A DNA stretch of 57,098 nt from Candidatus Hermodarchaeota archaeon (lineage in GTDB: Archaea > Asgardarchaeota > Thorarchaeia > Thorarchaeales > Thorarchaeaceae). The stretch is taken from positions 1-57,098 of the forward strand of contig JBHLLF010000007.1 in the NCBI GenBank assembly GCA_048885865.1. The letters are read 5' to 3'. Position numbers and translations under genes: made by a program. The notes below the pieces were generated by a model. The model was not told the origin of the DNA, ran no database searches, and worked only from the letters and a program-made list of their open reading frames with translations. Of this stretch, positions 27,198 through 37,200 are shown piece after piece (position 1 is the stretch's first letter; the number at the start of each line of letters is the position of its first letter).

Positions 27198-28379
27198 TCA
27201 GCCTGCAGAGTCTGGAGGTTCTCTTGGGTTACTTGTGTCCTCCTTGTTTTGATTATCTGTGACAGTTCCCTCTGAGGCGTCAGTTGATTGAGAGGGAGCT
27301 TCTTTGTCTTCTGCCGGAGGAACATCTTGCCCATTTAGCCGCGCTACAATCTCATGTATTCTCTCAGTCGACATTGATGTCTCTGGCTTCTCGGGAATGA
27401 GGCCCCGTGGCTTGAACAAGACGATTATTATCATGACTGCTCCAGCCAAAGTGTACTCAAGCCATATCGGTTCAAAGGGAAGGAACTCCAGGAAGGGCTT
27501 GGAGATGATGATGCCAGTCCGAGCAATAATAAAGAATGTCACTCCTAGCAAGATCCCAAAGTTATTCGCAACGCCGCCCAACATAAGGTAGGCCCATGGA
27601 TAGAAGGTCCAGTTCAATCGAGAGAAGGCCTGTGAGTTCGCTGCACCGATGAACATCACGTAAATCGCTCCGGCTACAGAGGCTATCATTGAGCCAATGA
27701 CAAGGCTTGTCGTCCTGACACTCACAGTATCTTTGCCATAAACATTCGAGGTGAGTTCGTTGTCTCTCAGCATCTTCAAGGAGCGCCCAAATGGCGACTT
27801 TGTCAACCTGTATAGCATAAATAGAACGAAGCCCATGAGTAATGCGGTCACCACTGCATACATGACGCTTCGCATTGGACCCCAGACCCATGCAAAAGGG
27901 TCAGGTACCATCACAGGCGTTGTACCACCCACGATTGGAGTATAATTGATTCCGATGAACATCAAGATGTCACCGAAAGCCAGGAGTGAGATGCCAAGGT
28001 ATGCCTCCTTCAGTCTTACAGCCGGGCGAGATGTCAGCCATCCAATTATAGCACCAGCAATTGCAGCCAAGATCAGAGATGAGAGCATGTAGGTAATGGC
28101 CAGCAGCGGATTGGTTCTCAGTACCGCATTGATACTAGTAACTATCACAACATTGTAGGCTCCATCTGCATACATCTCTGCATTAGGTATCCCCATTAAA
28201 AATGCCATCACCCGTCCGGGTATGGACCCGGCAGTAAATGCCCCCATGATTACTGCAATCACTCGTCCAAACTGAGGGATTCCAGTAAAGCCTACTTCCA
28301 GGTTTAAGCTCAGAGTCACGATACTGAATATCGATATGTCAATTACAAGATTGATTATCGTTATTATATTGATTGCCAC
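27198..28379 (-). CDS. livM: Branched-chain amino acid-type ABC permease
   Basis: LNLEVGFTGIPQFG, RLKEAYLGI, SPFGRSLK-x2-RDNE, PRGL. Confidence 0.85.
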   Translation of the reverse strand: MAINIITIINLVIDISIFSIVTLSLNLEVGFTGIPQFGRVIAVIMGAFTAGSIPGRVMAFLMGIPNAEMYADGAYNVVIVTSINAVLRTNPLLAITYMLSSLILAAIAGAIIGWLTSRPAVRLKEAYLGISLLAFGDILMFIGINYTPIVGGTTPVMVPDPFAWVWGPMRSVMYAVVTALLMGFVLFMLYRLTKSPFGRSLKMLRDNELTSNVYGKDTVSVRTTSLVIGSMIASVAGAIYVMFIGAANSQAFSRLNWTFYPWAYLMLGGVANNFGILLGVTFFIIARTGIIISKPFLEFLPFEPIWLEYTLAGAVMIIIVLFKPRGLIPEKPETSMSTERIHEIVARLNGQDVPPAEDKEAPSQSTDASEGTVTDNQNKEDTSNPREPPDSAG

Positions 28380-28385
28380 CTCGCG

Positions 28386-29369
28386 TCACCCCCGCCTGGC
28401 AAGTTGTCCGAGTCGTCTTGACCCACGCTGTCCCAATCCGACCCACGTCTCCTTCATTATTAGTTTCTTCAGATCTTGCCTCGTTAAACCTGCGAGTCCT
28501 TGCGGTAGCACCAAGAGGACTATCACCATTATCGCTAATGGAATAACTTGTCTGTATGGTAGAATGCCCGATCCAACGACTACCGCGAGCGCTGCCAATA
28601 AGACGTATTCAGCCAAGCCCACAATGTATCCACCAACAATTCCACCATAGATGCTGTAAAGACCACCTAGGATGCTCGCCGCAAACATTGGCACGATGAT
28701 TCCCCATCCAAGAACAGGACTTCCAGTTGCCACCATGCCCATATAGGCACCTCCCAGTCCTGCAAGACCGCCGCCTAGAATCCAAGCTGTGAGATAGACT
28801 CTCTCCGAGTTTATGCCTGTCACTCCTGCCAATGAGGTGTTTTCCACTGTTGCTCTAATTGCCAGACCAAATTTCGTTCTAGTCAAGTAGAGATGCAATG
28901 TAGCAAGTATTGCTATCGCTGATATCAGCGAAATGACTGTGATAGCCCTCATGCCAAGTATTTCGAAATCCACAGTGGACATAGTGATCAAGCGTGGATA
29001 TGCGCCTATACTGGTGAGCACATCGGCAAACATCTGCACAAAGGATAGCAACAGCAATTCGTAGCCCAGAGTTGACATCATGAGAACGGTTTCATCTGCA
29101 CCCCGCCTCAAGAGATACCTGTTGCAGACTAAATACCAAACCAGTCCCTGTCCTGCGCCGAGGAGGAATGCAAGGGGAAAGAAGACATAGGGGGTGAGAC
29201 CTGTTAGATAGTACCCCGAATATATAACAAATAGACCCCAAGTGCACATGCTCGCATGTGCGAAATTGAAAGTCCTTGTCGTCATGTAAATCAGAGTTAT
29301 TCCGCACGCAAGCAGTGCCAGACCGCTACCGTATGCGAGTCCATCAGCTACTAATGGAGGTAATATCAC
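28386..29369 (-). CDS. livH: Branched-chain amino acid-type ABC permease
   Basis: G-x-TLIY-x4-FNFAH, RTKFGLAIRA-x2-EN-x2-LA-x3-GIN, ILGG, PQGL. Confidence 0.88.
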   Translation of the reverse strand: MILPPLVADGLAYGSGLALLACGITLIYMTTRTFNFAHASMCTWGLFVIYSGYYLTGLTPYVFFPLAFLLGAGQGLVWYLVCNRYLLRRGADETVLMMSTLGYELLLLSFVQMFADVLTSIGAYPRLITMSTVDFEILGMRAITVISLISAIAILATLHLYLTRTKFGLAIRATVENTSLAGVTGINSERVYLTAWILGGGLAGLGGAYMGMVATGSPVLGWGIIVPMFAASILGGLYSIYGGIVGGYIVGLAEYVLLAALAVVVGSGILPYRQVIPLAIMVIVLLVLPQGLAGLTRQDLKKLIMKETWVGLGQRGSRRLGQLARRG

Positions 29370-29508
29370 TTCTCTCTCACCATTTGACTTGCTGTTCAGT
29401 TCACGCAGTGTTCTAGATACTTAAGGATTCCGAGAAGCGTATCTTTTCTCTGAGGACAATCTATATAACAATCCGGACCAATCCCATGGTTTAGTCCATT
29501 TAGCGACT

Positions 29509-29526
29509 CTACTGGATATTCAGTAG
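29509..29526. promoter_or_regulatory. Inverted repeat in the divergent liv promoter region
   Basis: CTACTG-GATATT-CAGTAG, 40 bp upstream of the SBP start. Confidence 0.3.
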
Positions 29527-29565
29527 TAAAAGAGATGTAACATACATTGGAGAGAGAAAAAAAAC

Positions 29566-30816
29566 ATGTCTTTAGATAACAAAGGCGTATTAGCTGTTCT
29601 CATCATTGTAGTGTTAGCTGGTGGATTAGCTGGAGGATGGTTCGTTGGACAAATGGGCGTCGGACCAGCTGGACCGACCGGCCTCCAGGGTGAACAGACT
29701 ATAGTTTTTCTGGCACCCCTCACCGGAGCACTAAGCACTTATGGAGAGAATAGTGTATCTGCAGCTGAATACGCTGAAACGCAGGTAAATGCGTGGCTCA
29801 CTGAAAGAGGAGAGGCATGGAGCCTCAACCTGGTCGTGGAAGACACGGCAACTGAGCCCACGCAAGCTGAACAGAAAATGAGGACATGGCACGGCCAAGG
29901 TGTAGAGATCTTTGTAGGCCCCATGTCAAGTGGTGAGGTTTCGCAGCTCAAGGCATATACGGACTCGAACGCGCTATTGCTAATCAGTCCATCCTCAACT
30001 GCAACATCGCTATCACTAGCTGACGACTCAGTCTTCAGGTTCTGCCCAGATGACTTCATCCAAGGACCAGCCATTGCGGCAATGCTTCTTGATGCAGGCA
30101 TCACAGACGTCGTTGCAACCTGGAGAGGAGACGCTTGGGGCGACGGTCTCAAGGCTGCTGTTGAATCGTCCTATGGTGACACATTCGCTGATGAAGTGAG
30201 ATACGCACCGGCAACGACCGACTTCCCAACTGAAGCCCAGTCATTGGCAGATGCAGTGCAGGCAGCAATCACTGGAGGTGCTGATCCAAGTGAGGTCGCA
30301 GTCCTAGCAATCTCATTCGAGGAAATCATCCCATACATGGAAGATGCTGATTCACATGCTGTTCTTAAAACAGTGCGGTGGTTTGGAAGCGACGGTACTT
30401 GCTTGCTCAGCAGTCTGACTGACCACGCAACTGCAGGTCCATTCGCAGACACGGTCAACTTCACTAACACTATATTCACACCTGGTGCTTCAGCGAAGTA
30501 CCTTGATGTGCAGGATCACATAAACACTGATCTCGGCAGAATTCCAGACTCCTACTGCTACAACACCTACGATATCGTCTGGACTGTTGCTATGGCACTA
30601 GATGCAGCAAACGAGTATAGTGCAGCAGCAGTGAAGGATATCTTGCCTGGACTTGTTGACAACTACTACGGTGCAAGTGGCCTGTTCTCGCTGAACTCAA
30701 ATGGCGACAGATCAGTTGCAGACTACGACCTCTGGGCTGTTACGACTGATACCCCAGTTGAATGGGTCAAGGTTGGAACATATAGCAGCAATCTAGATGT
30801 AATCATTTGGGAGTAA
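29566..30816 (+). CDS. Liv-type ABC substrate-binding protein, N-terminal TM anchor
   Basis: LAPLTGALSTYG, VEDT, VGPMSS, LISPSSTA, VFRFCPDD, YD, GASG-x3-LN-x2-GDR. Confidence 0.9.
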   Translation: MSLDNKGVLAVLIIVVLAGGLAGGWFVGQMGVGPAGPTGLQGEQTIVFLAPLTGALSTYGENSVSAAEYAETQVNAWLTERGEAWSLNLVVEDTATEPTQAEQKMRTWHGQGVEIFVGPMSSGEVSQLKAYTDSNALLLISPSSTATSLSLADDSVFRFCPDDFIQGPAIAAMLLDAGITDVVATWRGDAWGDGLKAAVESSYGDTFADEVRYAPATTDFPTEAQSLADAVQAAITGGADPSEVAVLAISFEEIIPYMEDADSHAVLKTVRWFGSDGTCLLSSLTDHATAGPFADTVNFTNTIFTPGASAKYLDVQDHINTDLGRIPDSYCYNTYDIVWTVAMALDAANEYSAAAVKDILPGLVDNYYGASGLFSLNSNGDRSVADYDLWAVTTDTPVEWVKVGTYSSNLDVIIWE

Positions 30817-30835
30817 TCTAATAAATCAACAATAT

Positions 30836-30894
30836 TGGGAAAAAGGTGAGGAACAAGACTGAATTTGTTTCTCCCTTTCACTCCCACACTTTTT
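30836..30894 (+). terminator. Imperfect stem-loop plus U-tract between the SBP and ATPase genes
   Basis: Nested pairings TGGGA/TCCCA, AAAGG/CCTTT and AACAA/TTGTT, then TTTTT. Confidence 0.5.
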
Positions 30895-30961
30895 ATGCTT
30901 GAATTACATGTGCCGGAACTACAAAATACGAAGAATATGATTGAATTAAGGGTGAACTTGA

Positions 30962-31717
30962 TTGGCCGACATAGTACTCCACGCGGAAAATATGGTGAAA
31001 AGCTTTGGTGCCCTTATGGCGGTAAATGATGTGACCATGTCGATAGAAAAGGGGAAACTCACTCTCCTCATGGGTCCAAATGGGTGTGGCAAGACCACCT
31101 TCTTGAATCTCTGCACTGGCGTTTTGAAAGCAGATGCTGGGATGGTGACTCTAAATGGTGAGGAGATAACTGGATGGCGCCCCCATAGAATCTATGAAAA
31201 GGGCTTCGTTAGGACTTTTCAAATTCCATTACCATTTCAAAGTATGACAGTTCTTGACAATGTACTTGCTGCCATGAAGAGCATTGGAGAGAATCCGCTA
31301 TATGCGTGGAATCCGAAAGCTTGGGAAGCAGAGGAAGAAGAACATATCAAGCAAGCCTTGGGCATTTTGAAGAGAGTGGGGTTGTATGAACACTGGGACA
31401 AGCTTGCTGACACACTTGGCGGCGGCCACTCAAAACTGCTGGAACTGGCGAGAGGGCTGGCTTCAGGAGCAAATCTCATCGCTTTGGATGAGCCAATTGG
31501 GGGTTGCGATCCATCATTTGCTGATGAGATATTCACCTACATTACTTCGGTAAAGGAATCAATGGGAATAACATTCTTCGTGATTGAACACAGAATCGAC
31601 ATAGCAGCCCCTTATGCAGATCATGCATACGTTATGGAATCAGGTAAGCTGATTGCCGAGGGCACTTCCAAAGAAGTCACAACGGATCCAAGAGTCCAGG
31701 AGATATACATTGGATAG
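30962..31717 (+). CDS. livG: Liv-type ABC ATP-binding protein
   Basis: GPNGCGKTT, RTFQ, LELAR, ALDEP, IEH, DPRVQEIYIG. Confidence 0.9.
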   Translation: MADIVLHAENMVKSFGALMAVNDVTMSIEKGKLTLLMGPNGCGKTTFLNLCTGVLKADAGMVTLNGEEITGWRPHRIYEKGFVRTFQIPLPFQSMTVLDNVLAAMKSIGENPLYAWNPKAWEAEEEEHIKQALGILKRVGLYEHWDKLADTLGGGHSKLLELARGLASGANLIALDEPIGGCDPSFADEIFTYITSVKESMGITFFVIEHRIDIAAPYADHAYVMESGKLIAEGTSKEVTTDPRVQEIYIG

Positions 31718-31732
31718 GGAGCGGGAAGGAAG

Positions 31733-32446
31733 ATGCTAAGTGTAAAGAACCTAAATTCTGGCTATGATAAATTCTGTGTCTTGTATGATGTCAACGTGGA
31801 GGTGCCGGACAAACAGATTAGTGTCGTTGTGGGACCGAATGGGGCTGGGAAGACCACACTTCTCAATAGTATCTCTGGGTTGGCCACTGTCACCGGTGGT
31901 GAAATCATATACAGAGAAGAGAACATTACAGGCATACCTCCATATGTGGCGCCCAAGATAGGGATCTCGATGGTACCACAGACTGGCAATGTGTTTGCGG
32001 GTCTGAGTGTCATGGAGAACCTCATCATGGCAGGATACACATTGGATAAGGATGAGGTTGAGGAACAGGCCAAGGATGTCCTTGAATTCTTTCCTGCTTT
32101 GAAGGACTTCGTTGGTAGGAAGGCTGGCACCCTGAGTGGTGGGGAACGGCGAATGCTTGCCATTGGCATGGGACTAGTCCGGAAGCCCAAGCTGATGCTT
32201 CTTGATGAAGTTTCAATGGACCTTGCACCCATTCTAGCTAAGAGAGTGATTGCTAAAGTAGAGGAACTGCGCGACGAGTTCGGACTGACAATTCTTCTTG
32301 TGGAGCAGATGGCAAAGGCTGCATTAGAGATAGGAGATAATGCGTATCTCCTAGTCAGTGGTGAAATGCGATACAGCGGCGATGCCAAAGACCTTCTCAA
32401 CAATCCAGAACTGGGCGAGTTATACCTCGGTATAAAGAGGCAATAA
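31733..32446 (+). CDS. livF: Liv-type ABC ATP-binding protein
   Basis: GPNGAGKTT, AGTLSGGE, LLDE-x-S-x2-LAP, LVEQ. Confidence 0.9.
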   Translation: MLSVKNLNSGYDKFCVLYDVNVEVPDKQISVVVGPNGAGKTTLLNSISGLATVTGGEIIYREENITGIPPYVAPKIGISMVPQTGNVFAGLSVMENLIMAGYTLDKDEVEEQAKDVLEFFPALKDFVGRKAGTLSGGERRMLAIGMGLVRKPKLMLLDEVSMDLAPILAKRVIAKVEELRDEFGLTILLVEQMAKAALEIGDNAYLLVSGEMRYSGDAKDLLNNPELGELYLGIKRQ

Positions 32447-32456
32447 TGAAGGAAAC

Positions 32457-32933
32457 CTACTTCCTTATTCTGACCAATTTGCCCCTGTTTGAGTCGAGTA
32501 GTACCTGTGTTGCAACCTTTAGGAGAGAGGTAGTTGACCCACCGCTTGAGTACACGAATTCCTTTTCCATAACTTTTGGGTCCACAAGGAAGGTAGCCTC
32601 AAAGCCAAAGGAAGGTACTCCTCCAACAGGATAACCTGAGGAACTAAGTATCTCGTCTGGTGTGGCGGTCCGAGTAGACTCAACCCCCAACACCTTCGCA
32701 ACTCTAGATGTGCTCACACGGTGTGCACCTTTCACGATTGCCACAATGAAATTGCCTTCTGAGTCCATTAGGCAGATGTTCTTGATGATTTCATCCACAT
32801 CTGCACCGACAGCTTCAGCTGCATCCTGCACTGTATGACAGGATTCACCTAGACTCAGCAACTCACCTTCGATGTTGTTCTTTTTCATATACTGTGTGAG
32901 TTTCTCCTCATACTCGCTCATATCTTCGAACAA
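32457..32933 (-). CDS. YbaK/EbsC aminoacyl-tRNA deacylase-family protein
   Basis: HTVQDAA, IIKNI, GYPVGGVPSFG, SGG. Confidence 0.88.
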   Translation of the reverse strand: MFEDMSEYEEKLTQYMKKNNIEGELLSLGESCHTVQDAAEAVGADVDEIIKNICLMDSEGNFIVAIVKGAHRVSTSRVAKVLGVESTRTATPDEILSSSGYPVGGVPSFGFEATFLVDPKVMEKEFVYSSGGSTTSLLKVATQVLLDSNRGKLVRIRK

Positions 32934-32998
32934 TCAGCCATTTGCTATTTAGCATTTTTCGAAAGATTCAGACCTGAAACCAGATGGAAACAGGTATC

Positions 32999-33709
32999 CT
33001 AAAGAAGAGGAGGATATCCGGGAGCTGCCATGAGTACTGCTGCAAGGATGAGTGCTGGAATAAGCACTGACAGAGCAATTTCAATGACCCGATTCTGAGT
33101 CTTCACAAACGGGACAATGAATCCGGTTTCTTCTCTATAATCCTCAAACTCTGACGCAAAAGTCCTAGCCAAATGGAGTTCCTCTACTTGAGCCAGAATG
33201 ACATAGGCAAACAGGGTGCCAAACCAAATAACAAGCGTGAGTTCAGGAGCGATCCAGCTCATTCCAAAGGTGTTCTTTCCTATCCAGTAGCTTCGGCTCG
33301 TCAGTGCGAGTGTGAACAAGACAACTCCTAGATATTGTGGATGGCGGACGTAACTATACGGCCCACTCCTGATCAGACCCTCCTTCTTTGCCAATCTCAT
33401 ATGAATCACTGAATAGAGGAGGACACCCATTCCCAGTATTGCGATGATCTGCTCCCACGGAAAGCCGCCAAAAAAGATGAAGACAATAGCCTCAACGAAC
33501 TGAGAGGGGCTTGACGTGAAGAGTAGAGCGATATAGCTGACAAATGGTATCGTCATCAGGCCGCCCCATATTGTAAGCGGGGGGATGGATTGTACAAATG
33601 GCAGTATCGCTGCAATGATACTTGATATTCTCGACTTTCTGCTAGTCTGAACGCTAATTTCCCCATCAGCTTCAGACTCTAATATTGTTTCACTAATTGA
33701 TTGATCCAC
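32999..33709 (-). CDS. ICMT/PEMT-family membrane methyltransferase
   Basis: LIRSGPYSYVRHPQYLG, EE-x2-L-x3-F-x2-EF-x2-Y-x3-TGFIVP. Confidence 0.8.
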   Translation of the reverse strand: MDQSISETILESEADGEISVQTSRKSRISSIIAAILPFVQSIPPLTIWGGLMTIPFVSYIALLFTSSPSQFVEAIVFIFFGGFPWEQIIAILGMGVLLYSVIHMRLAKKEGLIRSGPYSYVRHPQYLGVVLFTLALTSRSYWIGKNTFGMSWIAPELTLVIWFGTLFAYVILAQVEELHLARTFASEFEDYREETGFIVPFVKTQNRVIEIALSVLIPALILAAVLMAAPGYPPLL

Positions 33710-33868
33710 GCGTATCCCACACCTGGTGAGTTCTCCTACCGAGTCAAGTTAGAGTGCGTGAATCTGATAATAATACCATGGAATAGAACGGTTTGTCCAA
33801 GGAGTAGAACAGGACGATGGGCTAGAAATCGGATCGCCCGTCATGACTCAGATAGGGGAGATGTTGCG

Positions 33869-34153
33869 CTATAATGGGTCGTGTATCCCTTCTGTCAGCT
33901 GCTGCATTACTAATCCAATCTGTGGCGCATTCAGAATAATGATCCCTTGAGGATGGCTCTGGGCAACGGTCACAAACGCATAAGTAAGGTTACCCCATGC
34001 CTCAACATCCACCTTGACAATATAGATACTGGTAGTGCCCCCCAGCATTACCTTCGCGTGTTCGTGTATCTTCTTTAGTTTGGGGGCCTTCCCCTTGAAG
34101 TACTTCTTGATGTAGTCTTTGACCCTTCCTCTTTCCTTCTTCCTATCGTTCAT
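33869..34153 (-). CDS. Small basic hypothetical protein downstream of the giant surface protein
   Basis: SD AGGTGA before ATG 34153; Lys-rich N-terminus. Confidence 0.6.
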   Translation of the reverse strand: MNDRKKERGRVKDYIKKYFKGKAPKLKKIHEHAKVMLGGTTSIYIVKVDVEAWGNLTYAFVTVAQSHPQGIIILNAPQIGLVMQQLTEGIHDPL

Positions 34154-34277
34154 CGATTCACCTACATCATATGTCAAGCTGCTTGTCATTGAATATTTCG
34201 CAATTCCTAGATACCACTATGGAGCTACTCCTCGAATGGAGAAGGGGAGTCTTATGCTAGTTTCCGGGCAGAAGCAA

Positions 34278-37200
34278 TCATAATGTTGCTCCGGTGGTAT
34301 AATTATGCCAGAATATTGGGTCTGTCCACATGTATGCCGTATAGAGTCCATAGGTTCCTGGAAAGTGTGGAGGAGATAGAATCCATCCAGATCTGAATAC
34401 TGGACCAGGAGGCCCTGCAAACCCTGTGGGACCTTGTGCGCCCCAGAGTCCATCATATCTCAACCATCCCTCATTGGTTATCAGCTCTAATGAGTACTGT
34501 GACATGTCTTCTGGTAAATAGGTGCCCCCGAGAGGAATGAAACCACTCGCGTGCGATCCTTTTTCCACAAATACCACAGGATGATTGGTGAGTGTCGACA
34601 GAAGATCGAAGACCCAACCGCTTCGCTCTATGTGGTTGTGCCATGAATATCCTGCGACTTCGGGGACCAGATTCTCCACAGCAGAGTTGCCTTTGGGTGG
34701 CAATATCAGCTGAATCATCTCCCAGTCACCTTCATGCCAGTTGTTCCAGAGATCGTAGATGTAGAAGAACCAGTATTGCACAATGATGTACTCTTTGTAG
34801 GATGTGAACACATGCGAATAGATCGTGAGGTCGTGTTCCGGAGAGTCTTGTGTATGATACGTGTTTTCAAGATCCAAGTAGTAGTCCATGCCAGCATAGG
34901 CTTCTAGTTCGTCGGGGGTTGGTGTGAAGTCCACAGGCGTGCCTGTGTCATCCATCAGGTCGGCATGATCAAGAAGGGCACTAATCTCACGCGGGCGCCA
35001 TATCTCCGTTACGTCGAAATAGAGCTGAGGTAAGAACTTCTCAGCCAGTTTCATCTGTTCTTGATAGGACAGCTCATAGTCTAGAGATAGCGAATACGAA
35101 ATCCGGGCGTCATCGTCGTCACTGCTTGCGGTTCCATCCCTACTGCCACTGTCTGCAATTCCTACCACGTAGCCCCCGGGCTGATATTGCGTTGCCGCTC
35201 TAAGATCAAAGAGCGCAGAGTAGCTGAAGTCCTCCCCTGTGAAGCTAATGTCCAATTGGTCGTTAAAGGTCAAATCCACGTCCCATGCTTCCACCGTAAC
35301 CTCCACAATATCCGTGTCATCTGGCACATTGGCGACAAATAGTGGTGAATTACTAGAGCTATAGCTCTGAACATCTTCAGCTACAGGGACTTCACTGTGC
35401 ATCCAGTTCTCGCTTCCCCACTGGTCCGAAACCTTCACTCGGAAATATGGCTCAGCACGCCTGTTTTCTTCAACCCAGGGATAGTAGATTGTGAAACTCC
35501 TGTATCTGATACGACAACCTGACCAACTGCAGCTGAGGTAGGGGACTCTTACTGTCCTCGACCTTGTGACTATCTCAAAGTCAATAGGATCTTCAATTTC
35601 GAGGTAGTCAATACTCACCTTCACTAGCAAGTCATGTAGTGGGTCGATATCCACCTCGTCCGAATATCCATCATTGTCTGAATCGGTGTCTAGGGCATTG
35701 ATCAAGCCATCACCATCTGTATCCACCAATGAGTCACGCTCAACGGGCCAGGCCTTGGAGCTCCATGCCCTATGAGGGCCGTCCTTGAAGGTATCTCCAT
35801 CCGAGTCTGAGTTGTTTGGATTTGTTCCAAGAATCACCTCCCCTACGTCAGACAGACTGTCCTCATCTGCATCTGGGACTACGATATAGACAACATTATT
35901 CGATTCGTCTGACTCCTCAATCGCATGGTTTTGATCAACCTCGATTCGGAGGTTGTGGAAGCCCAGAGGCTCTGGAGCTAGGGTGACATTGAAGTCGATG
36001 CTAGACCCGGCTTCAATACCCGTGTCTCGGCTCATAGATGTGGTCCATCCCGTGGCCTCATCAGATACTTCAAATGACACACTACTCGCATCAAGGTCCC
36101 CGTCGTTTTGAACTGTCAGACTCATTATGACATCTGTTCCATCTGTGACAAATTCGATGTCATCGGTTGAAACAAAAAGGTCTGGCGGCCTTGGATTCTC
36201 TGCGGTTATGACCACAGTGTCAGTATCTCTGCCACCATCATTGTCTATCACGGTGAGAGTCACATAATAAGTCCCAGCAGCACCAAAGACATGGGTGGTG
36301 CTCTGGCCAGTCCCAGTCGTTCCATCCATGAAGTTCCACTCATAGGAAACAATCGTACCGTCAGGATCCGTTGACCCTGCACCAGATTGGAAGTCAACAC
36401 TGAAACCTGTGAACACAGATTGGTCCAAGCCTGCATCCGCGGTAGGAGGCTGGTTGATGACGGTGAATGTGACAGTTGAGGATCCCGTTTCATCGTCGTC
36501 ATCAGTCACTGTCAGGGTGACGTCGTACTCACCCAACTGCATGAATCGTACTGAGGGGCTCCATGCGTGAAGCAAGGTCAGAAGTAGGTCTCCCACGAAG
36601 TCCCAGTGATAGGCTTCGACTGTCCCGTCAGTGTCATAGGATGAGCGAGCATCGAGCTGAACATCCACACCCCTATACACGGTCCTGTCCAGACCGAAAT
36701 CAGCTAACGGTGGGGCGTTGAGTGGATTCGTGCCGGCTATGACTTCCTCATAATCCGTTGCGCCATCTCGATCAGTATCTGGATGATTAGGATCAGTCCC
36801 ATAGGTCTGAGTTTCCTCATAGTCGTCGAGGCCTTCGCCATCAGTGTCATTCGACAGAGGATTCGTTCTATAGACCATGACCTCCTCCCAATCGTCCAGC
36901 AAGTCGTCGTCTGAATCCGGGTCATTCGGGTCTGTCTTGAACACATATACTTCTGACCCGTCTAGGAGCCCTTCTCCATCGGTATCATTCAATAGTGGAT
37001 TCGTTCCGAATATGTGGACTTCAAAGCCGTCTCGTAGAGAGTCTGCGTCCGAGTCTGCATTATTCGGGTCTGTTGAGTAGACAGGCTCCTCATTGTCGTT
37101 CAAATAGTCAAAGTCTGTGTCAGCCCTATCTGCGCGGGTTTCGCTCAGGAGGGGCTCATGCTGACCATTCCCATTTGAATCCTCAGTCCCATCTAGAATC

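Noticed and set aside
31762-32403. 213-aa antisense ORF, representative of the many shadow ORFs in the track
   Set aside because: Lies fully opposite well-supported livF; its composition is typical of antisense frames
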